A program made the position numbers and the translations under genes. The notes below the pieces were generated by a model. That model was given only the letters and a program-made list of their open reading frames with translations, was not told the origin of the DNA and searched no databases. A stretch of DNA of 64,000 bases from Halorutilales archaeon Cl-col2-1 (lineage in GTDB: Archaea; Halobacteriota; Halobacteria; Halobacteriales; Afararchaeaceae), in assembly GCA_041891055.1 (NCBI GenBank), contig CP169074.1, positions 1,312,001-1,376,000 of the forward strand. The letters are read 5' to 3'. Below, piece after piece: positions 56,684 to 64,000 of this stretch; within the stretch, counting starts at the first letter, position 1; each line of letters opens with the position of its first letter.

Positions 56684-58123
56684 ATGGCTCGAGACAACAA
56701 CGAAGCTCGAGATTCAGACGGGCTTTCGAGACGTGACGTAGTGAAGATGGCAGGAGCAACGAGTGTCGCAGGAATAACCGGACTCGCCGGCTGTACCGGA
56801 GGCGGCGGTGGCGGTGAAGGCGGAGACGGCGGTGGCGGCGGCGACGGAGGAGACGGCGGCGGTGGCGGAGGGGGCTCCGAGTACCCCGAGATAGGAAACT
56901 ACACGCCCGGACTCGACGCCGGAGAGGAAGACGTCGTCTTCGGGTTCAACGTTCCTCAGTCAGGGCCTTACTCCGCAGAGGGCGAGGACGAACTCAGAGC
57001 CTACGAGCTCGCTGTCAAGCACCTCAACAACGGTGGCGGCTGGGTTGACGACTGGGATGACCTCTCGGGCGACGGCGTCCTCGGAAACGAGGTCGACTAC
57101 GTCGACGGAGATACAGCGACAGACCCCGACACCGGAAGACAGTCAGCGTCGCGCATGATACAGCGTGACAATATCATAATGTTCTCGGGCGGATCTTCGA
57201 GTGCTGTCGCGATAGCTCAGCAGGGGCTCGCGCAGGACGAGAAGGTTCAGTTCATGGCGTGTATGACTCACTCGAACGACACCACAGGTAAGGACTGTGT
57301 ACGTTACTCGTTCCGTGAGTGTTTCAACGCCTACATGACGGGACAGGCGCTCGCGCCCGTCCTGAAGGAGGAGTACGGCGAGGACATGAGCTTCTACCAG
57401 CTCTACGCCGACTACTCGTGGGGACAGACACAGCAAGCTTCGATGAACCAGTTCCTCACCGACATCGCAGGCTGGGAACAGGTCGACAGCGTCGCTACGC
57501 CTCTCGGTACGAGCGACTTCTCGAACTACCTCTCCGATGCCGCGGACTCGGGTGCCGACGTCCTGATACTCAACCACTACGGACTCGACGCCGCGAACTC
57601 GCTCCCACAGGCGGTAGACGCGGGAATCAAGGAGGACATGGAGATAGTCGTCCCCCTCTACAACCGCCTGATGGCTGATGCAGCCGCGGATTCGATAGAG
57701 GGAGTCTTCGGAACAGTCGCGTGGACATCGCTGATAGACAACGAGTACGCCAACTCGTTCACTGAGGTCTTCGGAAACGAGTACGACGGACGTATCCCAT
57801 CAGGTCCCGCTCTCCTCGCGTACGCACAGACTCTCCAGTACGCCGCCGCGGTCGAGCGTGCAGGTACGTTCTACCCGCCCGAGGTCATAAGAGAGCTAGA
57901 GGGACACGAGTACGACAACGCCGGATACGGTGAAGAGGTCATGAGGGAGTGTGACCATCAGGCGTTCCACGACATCGCTGTCGTCAGAGGACTCCCCGAG
58001 TCGGATCAGGAAGACGGCAAGTACTTCGAGCTTGTCAGCCAGACGGCGCGCGACGACATCACGTACGGATGTGACGAAGGTCCTGCCGCCGAGTGTGAGC
58101 TCGGGAACTACGGCGACGAGTAG
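56684..58123 (+). CDS. ABC transporter substrate-binding lipoprotein (LivJ/K-like)
   Basis: SRRDVV...LAGC, Gly-rich linker, PQSGPYS, ADYSWG, MRECDHQ. Confidence 0.9.
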   Translation: MARDNNEARDSDGLSRRDVVKMAGATSVAGITGLAGCTGGGGGGEGGDGGGGGDGGDGGGGGGGSEYPEIGNYTPGLDAGEEDVVFGFNVPQSGPYSAEGEDELRAYELAVKHLNNGGGWVDDWDDLSGDGVLGNEVDYVDGDTATDPDTGRQSASRMIQRDNIIMFSGGSSSAVAIAQQGLAQDEKVQFMACMTHSNDTTGKDCVRYSFRECFNAYMTGQALAPVLKEEYGEDMSFYQLYADYSWGQTQQASMNQFLTDIAGWEQVDSVATPLGTSDFSNYLSDAADSGADVLILNHYGLDAANSLPQAVDAGIKEDMEIVVPLYNRLMADAAADSIEGVFGTVAWTSLIDNEYANSFTEVFGNEYDGRIPSGPALLAYAQTLQYAAAVERAGTFYPPEVIRELEGHEYDNAGYGEEVMRECDHQAFHDIAVVRGLPESDQEDGKYFELVSQTARDDITYGCDEGPAAECELGNYGDE

Positions 58124-58242
58124 ACGTCGTAACGAGTTTCAACCACCACATTCATCATTTATAGATATACATCCATCTAACAGCCAAATATGTCAGAGAA
58201 CTATCATAACAGCCGTATAGACGGAGGTAAGGGGGTGACCCC

Positions 58243-59208
58243 ATGAGTCTGGCAGCCGATATCGCCAGTGTTCTCCTCAACAGCCTTCAGACGGGAGCAA
58301 TATACGTCTTGCTCGCCGTGGGTCTCTCGATTATACTCGGGACTCTCAAGTTCGTCAACTTCGCTCACGGTGCTCTCTACCTCATAGGAGCGTACGCGGG
58401 TATTCTGATAGCCGGAGAGATGAGCCTGAGCAACGGAAAGTTACAGGAGTGGGGGATGTCGACTATCGGTCTCGACCTCGGCTACACCGCCGCCCTGATT
58501 CTGGTTCCGATACTTGTGTTCGTGATAGGACTCCTGATGGAGAGGTTCGTCGCGCGACCTTTCTACGACAGACCCGATACTGACCAGATACTCGTGACGT
58601 TCGGTCTCGCAGTCATAGTTCAGGAGCTCTTCAGAGCGATGTTCGGCGGAAACTCACAGAACTTCAGCCAGCCCCAGTGGGCGAGCGGCGCTGTTAATCT
58701 CCCTGTGGTCGGTAACTTCCCCGAGTGGCGTCTCTGGGTCATAGGAATTACCGCGGTGCTCGTCTTACTCGTGATCGGTCTGATAGAGTACACCGACTTC
58801 GGTCTGATAGTCAGAGCCGGTACTCTCGACTCCGAGATGGTACGTCTCTTAGGTATCAAGCTCGACAGACAGTACCTCATCGTCTTCGGAATAGGTGCGG
58901 CGCTCGCTGGCGTCGCGGGAGTCGTCGGAGGACCCCTCGAACTCGTCAACCCGAACGTCGGCACGGGAATACTCGTTCCGGCGTTCATCACTGTCGTGAT
59001 AGGAGGGGTTGGTAGTACACGCGGAGCCGTCGCTGGAGGACTACTCCTCGGATTCGTCGAGTCGACGCTGATAGCTCTTCCAAGTCTGACAGTCGGATCG
59101 TTCACGCTCAACTTCGCACCGTGGTCACAGGTCGGAATGTACGCACTCGCCGCGATAGTCCTACTCGTGCGTCCTCAGGGACTCTTCGGTAAGGAGGTGG
59201 AAGCATGA
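58243..59208 (+). CDS. livH: Branched-chain-type ABC permease
   Basis: GLSIILG...NFAHG, VVIGGVGS. Confidence 0.88.
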   Translation: MSLAADIASVLLNSLQTGAIYVLLAVGLSIILGTLKFVNFAHGALYLIGAYAGILIAGEMSLSNGKLQEWGMSTIGLDLGYTAALILVPILVFVIGLLMERFVARPFYDRPDTDQILVTFGLAVIVQELFRAMFGGNSQNFSQPQWASGAVNLPVVGNFPEWRLWVIGITAVLVLLVIGLIEYTDFGLIVRAGTLDSEMVRLLGIKLDRQYLIVFGIGAALAGVAGVVGGPLELVNPNVGTGILVPAFITVVIGGVGSTRGAVAGGLLLGFVESTLIALPSLTVGSFTLNFAPWSQVGMYALAAIVLLVRPQGLFGKEVEA

Positions 59209-60305
59209 GTCTCGCACAGACTTGGGACAGCATAAAGGAGAGAGAGCTCTTCGTGATGGGTGCGGTTCTGGTAGTCTTCGCAGTCTTCCCGTACCTACTC
59301 ACCGACTTCTTCGTGATGAACATGGTAGTCGAGTCGCTCGAATCCGCGGGGATGGAAGGCATAGCCGACCTACTCGACAACATGAGAGGCTGGAACGAGC
59401 TAGCCTCCCTGGTACTCATCTGGGGTATCTTCGCTATGGGATACGACCTTCTCCTCGGATACACAGGTCTCCTCTCGTTCGGACATGCCGCATTCTGGGG
59501 AGTCGGTGCCTACTCGGCGGGGTACTTCAGCGCGCACGTCTCGTCGAGCCCGATTCTGATACTCATAGTCGGAACCGTAGTCGCGGTTCTGACGGCGTGG
59601 CTACTCGGCTATCTCTCGCTGAGACGCGGAGGCATATACTTCTCGATACTCACACTCGTCTTCGCACAGATGATGTTCTACCTCGCGTCTTCGCCACTCT
59701 CGTTCATAACCAACGGAGAGAACGGCTTCACCGACATGGAGGTCGGAGAGCTCTTCGGAACCTACGACCTAGGAAGCGAGTTCATAGTCTTAGGAGACTT
59801 CATAGGAGGCTGGCTCTACGTCTTCGTGGCGATCATAGGCGTGATCTGTGTAGGAATAGCTTACAGAATACTTAACTCGCCGTACGGTCTCGTCTTCCAC
59901 GCTATACACGAGAACGAACAGAGGGCGGAGTTCGTCGGACTCAACGTCGGAAGGTACAAGCTGATGTCGTTCGTGATATCGGGCTTCTTCGCGGGTGTCG
60001 CCGGGAGCCTCTTCGCGATCCACGGAAGCTACGTTCCGCTTGAGTCACTCTACTGGACCACGAGCGGGGAGGTCGTCATAATGTCGATACTAGGAGGTAC
60101 GGGTTCGCTCTTCGGTCCGATATTCGGAGCCGGAGTCTACCTCTACATCGAGAACATAGTGGTCAGTCTTCCCGTGATAGGCGACTTCTGGCACCTCATA
60201 CTCGGTGTCGTCTTCGTCATCACGATAGCCTTCTTCCCGAGCGGAGTCTGGGGAGCCGTCTCGAAGATACGTTCGTTAGTACGGCGGACAGGAGGTGATA
60301 GATAA
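59205..60305 (+). CDS. livM: Branched-chain-type ABC permease
   Basis: GYTGLLSFGHAAF, ENE.RA..G, ILGGTGS. Confidence 0.88.
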   Translation: MSLAQTWDSIKERELFVMGAVLVVFAVFPYLLTDFFVMNMVVESLESAGMEGIADLLDNMRGWNELASLVLIWGIFAMGYDLLLGYTGLLSFGHAAFWGVGAYSAGYFSAHVSSSPILILIVGTVVAVLTAWLLGYLSLRRGGIYFSILTLVFAQMMFYLASSPLSFITNGENGFTDMEVGELFGTYDLGSEFIVLGDFIGGWLYVFVAIIGVICVGIAYRILNSPYGLVFHAIHENEQRAEFVGLNVGRYKLMSFVISGFFAGVAGSLFAIHGSYVPLESLYWTTSGEVVIMSILGGTGSLFGPIFGAGVYLYIENIVVSLPVIGDFWHLILGVVFVITIAFFPSGVWGAVSKIRSLVRRTGGDR

Positions 60306-61063
60306 TGGCACTTCTCGAAACTGACAACCTCGTCAAGTCTTTCGACGGACTTGTGGCAACGGACGACGTGAATATATCTCTCGAAGAGGGCGAGAGGGTA
60401 AGTCTCATAGGTCCCAACGGAGCCGGCAAGTCGACCCTCATAAACCTAATAACGAGACGTCTCGACCCCACCGAGGGAGACATACGTTTCAAGGGCGAGA
60501 GCATAACCGATCTCGAACCCCACGAGGTCGTCCAGAAGGGAGTCTCGAAGTCGTTCCAGACAGCTTCGATATTCCCCGATCTCACAGTCGAGGAGAACGC
60601 CAGGATAGCCGCACTCGCGTCGGAAGAGGGATCCTTCGGCTTCAACTTCCTCAAGCACTGGAGGAACTACGGCAACGTCGACGGACTCGCACGCGACTCT
60701 CTTGAATCAGTGGGTCTTCTCGATCAGAGGGACGTGACTGCGAAGGATCTGCCGTACGGAGACAAGAGACGTCTCGAAATCGCGCTCGCCTTAGCCGGAG
60801 AGCCCGACCTTCTCCTGATGGACGAGCCCACTGCAGGAATGTCGCCCGACGAGACCGCCTCGACCGTCGAGCTCATAGAGGAGGTCTACGACAGACTCGA
60901 CCTCACATTCCTCTTAGTCGAACACGACATGGAGATAGTCTTCAGCATATCCGACCGTATAATCGTCCTCAACAGGGGAGAGGTCATAGCCGACGGTACC
61001 CCCGAAGAGGTGAGAGGTGACCCCGACGTTCAGGAAGCCTACCTAGGAGGTGTCGACGAATGA
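60305..61063 (+). CDS. livG: ABC ATP-binding protein
   Basis: GPNGAGKS, LPYG, MDEP.AG, VQEAYLG. Confidence 0.9.
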   Translation: MALLETDNLVKSFDGLVATDDVNISLEEGERVSLIGPNGAGKSTLINLITRRLDPTEGDIRFKGESITDLEPHEVVQKGVSKSFQTASIFPDLTVEENARIAALASEEGSFGFNFLKHWRNYGNVDGLARDSLESVGLLDQRDVTAKDLPYGDKRRLEIALALAGEPDLLLMDEPTAGMSPDETASTVELIEEVYDRLDLTFLLVEHDMEIVFSISDRIIVLNRGEVIADGTPEEVRGDPDVQEAYLGGVDE

Positions 61064-61803
61064 GCCTTCTTGAAGTAGACTCACTCGACTCGTACTACGG
61101 CGAGAGCCACATACTCCGTGACCTCTCGATGGAGGTCAAGGAGGGTGAAATCTGTGCGCTCTTAGGGCGTAACGGAGCCGGAAAGACGACGACCCTCAGG
61201 TCGATATCCGGGGCTACGCCTCCCGAGATACGTGGTGGATCGGTGAGATTCAAGGGCGAGGATATCACGGGACAGCCCGCCGAGAACATAGCTGTTAAGG
61301 GAATCTCGCTCGTTCCCGAGGAGAGACGTGTCTTCTCGAACCTCACCGTCGCGGAGAACCTCCATCTCTCGGAGGTCTATGCCGACCTTCCGAACACGCT
61401 CGGAAGATCACTCGACTTCGGAGAGAAGGGAATGTCGACTGACGAGGTCTACGACGAGTTCCCACGTCTGAGGGAAAGAAAGACACAGAAAGCCGGGACT
61501 CTGTCGGGAGGAGAGCAGCAGATGCTCGCGATAGCGCGTGCCCTCAAGCAGAACACCGATCTACTCATGCTCGACGAGCCCTACGAGGGACTCGCGCCAC
61601 AGATAATAGACAACGTCGAGGACGCGATCACCGACATAAGCGAGTCGGGGAAGACCGTCCTACTCGTCGAACAGAACGCCGTCGCGGCGATGAAGATCGC
61701 CGACCGGTGTTATGTCGTAGACCACGGAGAGGTCGTATTCGAGGGAACCGCGGATGAGCTACGTGAAGACACAGAGACGAGAGAGGAGTACCTGGGTGTA
61801 TAA
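61060..61803 (+). CDS. livF: ABC ATP-binding protein
   Basis: GRNGAGKT, LSGGEQQML, LDEP, VEQN. Confidence 0.9.
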   Translation: MSLLEVDSLDSYYGESHILRDLSMEVKEGEICALLGRNGAGKTTTLRSISGATPPEIRGGSVRFKGEDITGQPAENIAVKGISLVPEERRVFSNLTVAENLHLSEVYADLPNTLGRSLDFGEKGMSTDEVYDEFPRLRERKTQKAGTLSGGEQQMLAIARALKQNTDLLMLDEPYEGLAPQIIDNVEDAITDISESGKTVLLVEQNAVAAMKIADRCYVVDHGEVVFEGTADELREDTETREEYLGV

Positions 61804-61804
61804 G

Positions 61805-62557
61805 ATGTCAACGAACACAGACACCGACGACGGAGAAGATGGAGACAGAGCCGAGGAACGCGTCGACGTCCTCATAGACGAGGGCGTTCTGAGAGTCGGA
61901 GACGACGGAACCGTGACAACGACGACGGAGTACGAGAAGACGCGGTCGGTCTACTACAACACCTACTCGGAGGTCTCAGAGGAAGAGTTCGAGAAATCCG
62001 TCGCCGATGTCTTCGGCATAAGCAGCGACGAGGCGACAGATAGGATAGAAGAGATGGGTGTCACACGCGACGACTTTATCACCTATATGGCGGTTCAGTC
62101 GGAGGTCGACCGCGACCTCCCCCAGACCGAGTTAACCGTGATGGCGGATGTAGTCGGTGAGGTCAGTCCGGTCTCTGCAGTTCCCGAGTACATCGACGAG
62201 ATAGACGACGAGACCTACGCCGACTACCTCGACGAGAACCCCGACGCAGTCGTGACAGTCTGGAAGTTCGACTGCGCGCCGTGTGACGAGATGAAGAACG
62301 AGTTCAGAGACGTTCGGAAATCTCTGATTTCGGAGCCATCCAGAACAAGTTCTGGAGACGTCGTCGGTGACGCTCCGATGGAGAAGGACGTCGCCTTCGC
62401 GGGAGTAAACGGCGAGGAGGTCGCCGACTTCAGACGTGAGTACGAGGTCGACGTGGCTCCCGCGGTTCTCTTCTTCTCCGACGGTGAACTCGTCGAGAAG
62501 AGGGAAGGGTACACGAGCCCCGACGAAGTAGAAGAGATCATCGAGTCGGTCTACTAG
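61805..62557 (+). CDS. Thioredoxin-domain protein
   Basis: WKFDCAPC and APAVLFF; ATG at 61805. Confidence 0.8.
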   Translation: MSTNTDTDDGEDGDRAEERVDVLIDEGVLRVGDDGTVTTTTEYEKTRSVYYNTYSEVSEEEFEKSVADVFGISSDEATDRIEEMGVTRDDFITYMAVQSEVDRDLPQTELTVMADVVGEVSPVSAVPEYIDEIDDETYADYLDENPDAVVTVWKFDCAPCDEMKNEFRDVRKSLISEPSRTSSGDVVGDAPMEKDVAFAGVNGEEVADFRREYEVDVAPAVLFFSDGELVEKREGYTSPDEVEEIIESVY

Positions 62558-62681
62558 ATCGCTTTTCTCTCTTAACCACGGGTCGCCCGCTGCTCTTCAA
62601 CTCGACTCGTAATATCGGATAGTGGTAAGTATCTCGAAATCCGAGGACGTTCTATATAGTAGGAGTGTGATACGACGCACG

Positions 62682-62900
62682 ATGGAACTCACGGACGACC
62701 AGAGAGCCATCGTTGAACTCCTGAGTGAGAGGTTCGAGGACGGCGACGTCTTCTTCAAGAGCCGGGAGATATCGCGCGAACTCGGCATGTCGAGTAGAAA
62801 GGTCGGCGCGAACCTGAGACGTATCTCCGAGAAGTACGACCGTCTCTCTGTCGAGAGGTGGAGCGAGAGTAACTCGACGACGTGGAGAGTCGAGAAATGA
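62682..62900 (+). CDS. Small haloarchaeal wHTH protein
   Basis: FFKSREI..ELGMSSRKVG...ERWS...TTWRV. Confidence 0.7.
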   Translation: MELTDDQRAIVELLSERFEDGDVFFKSREISRELGMSSRKVGANLRRISEKYDRLSVERWSESNSTTWRVEK

Positions 62901-62906
62901 TCGTGT

Positions 62907-63317
62907 TCAGACCTCGCCTTCGTCGTACTCCTTCGTTCCGGTGACCATCACGGGTCTGTCGGTGTTGAGTATCACCGACTGAGTTACGCTTCCGAAGAGT
63001 ACCTTTCCTGTCGCAGACCTCTTTCTGCCACCGAGACAGATCATGTCGACGTCCTCCTCCTCAGCGGTGTCGAGTATCTCGGTCGAGGGTTCTCCGCTCG
63101 ACTCAAGAACCTCAGTCTCGATTCCGTGGTCTTCGAGGTGTTCTATGGCGTCCCTCACCGTGGCAATCTGTGTCGCAGAGGCTCCGCTCGGGTTGTCGGT
63201 GAAGACATAGAGGACTGTGACCTTGAGGTCTTCCTTCCCGGGAAGTTCGGATATTGTCTCCGCCTCTGTTATGGCTCTGTCCTCGTTCTCGTCGACGGCG
63301 AGTAACACGTTGTACAT
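62907..63317 (-). CDS. Universal stress protein
   Basis: VLLAVD, GGRKRS..GKVLFGSVTQSVIL..DRPV. Confidence 0.92.
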   Translation of the reverse strand: MYNVLLAVDENEDRAITEAETISELPGKEDLKVTVLYVFTDNPSGASATQIATVRDAIEHLEDHGIETEVLESSGEPSTEILDTAEEEDVDMICLGGRKRSATGKVLFGSVTQSVILNTDRPVMVTGTKEYDEGEV

Positions 63318-63410
63318 AGACGAATATCAGGGGAAGAAGGCTATTATAGATTTGGTCTCGACTGCGTAGAAACACAACTGTTTTTGTCACAACCCCCGAA
63401 GCTACGCCTA

Positions 63411-63656
63411 ATGTACGAGGCTGTTGTCCGCGTCTCACTCAAGAAGGGCGTCCTCGATCCCGAGGCGAAGACCATACAGAAGTCACTCGAACGTCTTGGC
63501 TTCGACCTCGAAGAACTCAGCACCGCCGACGAGTACATAATAGATCTCGAAGCCGACTCGGAGGAGGACGCTAGACAGAGGGTTGACGAGATGTGTGAAC
63601 GTCTCCTAACGAATCCCGTGATACACGACTACACAGTCGAGATAAGAGCCGCGTAA
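63411..63656 (+). CDS. purS: FGAM synthase subunit PurS
   Basis: VLDPEA, MCERLLTNPVIHDY. Confidence 0.95.
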   Translation: MYEAVVRVSLKKGVLDPEAKTIQKSLERLGFDLEELSTADEYIIDLEADSEEDARQRVDEMCERLLTNPVIHDYTVEIRAA

Positions 63657-63657
63657 A

Positions 63658-64000
63658 ATGACTGCAACAGACAGATCCGAGTCCACGTCCGTGGGAGTCC
63701 TCAAGTTCGGTGGGTCGAACTGTGACATCGACGTCAAGAAGGTTCTCGACTCGATGGGAGAGGACGCCGAGCTGGTCTGGTACAAGGAGAGCCTCAAAGG
63801 ACACGACGGCGTCGTTCTTCCCGGTGGTTTCTCTTACGGAGACTACCTCAGAGCGGGCGCGATAGCCTCTGAGACCGACATAATGGAAGATGTCGTGGGG
63901 ATAGCCGACGAGGGTAAGCCCGTCTTAGGAATCTGTAACGGCGCGCAGATACTGTGTGAGTCAGGAATAGTCGAGGGGGCGTACGCCCAGAACGTCTCGG
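63658..64000 (+). CDS. purQ: FGAM synthase I glutaminase PurQ (partial)
   Basis: Manual translation FGGSNCD...PGGFSYGDYLRAG...LGICNG; runs off the right edge. Confidence 0.95.
   Translation, partial: MTATDRSESTSVGVLKFGGSNCDIDVKKVLDSMGEDAELVWYKESLKGHDGVVLPGGFSYGDYLRAGAIASETDIMEDVVGIADEGKPVLGICNGAQILCESGIVEGAYAQNVS

Noticed and set aside
56797-56876. GGC-rich repeat and ET/DT hexamer runs (e.g. ~25380, ~36135, ~40725)
   Set aside because: They encode ordinary low-complexity linkers.

Overview
Haloarchaeal DNA, judged from the acidic proteome, archaeal ribosomal proteins, Tat lipoproteins and PGF-CTERM. The window has two parts. Bases 1-~23,050 are the right-hand part of a visibly AT-richer genomic island abutting the 3' end of tRNA-Glu(CTC) at 23055-23129 (minus strand), with three tyrosine recombinases next to the tRNA. 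The main result is the island cargo, a candidate new archaeal 7-deazaguanine DNA modification/restriction system. It is a tightly coupled minus-strand operon: TGT fused to an ArcS-type PCxxxKPY (DUF5591-like) domain, a small YaaA/DUF6884-like protein, a second TGT, a GHKL (MORC/MutL-like) ATPase and a GIY-YIG nuclease. A YhhQ-type preQ0/preQ1 transporter is divergent from it, and a DpdJ-like helicase plus DpdK-like PLD nuclease converge on it. Further left are a Panacea-like/PIN pair and a second SF2 helicase that is cut by the window edge and missing from the ORF track. No DpdB is recognisable, and neither TGT has a PUA domain. The island also holds a 151-bp MITE with an 8-bp TSD, long-range inverted repeats, operator-like palindromes, a provirus-type repressor and structured leader, and gene remnants. 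Bases ~23,300-64,000 are GC-richer chromosome carrying housekeeping genes (cutA, lysC, nadE, ndk, rpl24e, rpl7ae, rps7, rps12, endA, cofH, purC, acs, a liv-type ABC transporter, purS, purQ). Two tnpB-only IS200/IS605 elements lie here, both inserted next to TTAAC in promoter TATA regions. Family assignments come from motif recognition by eye; no database searches were run.
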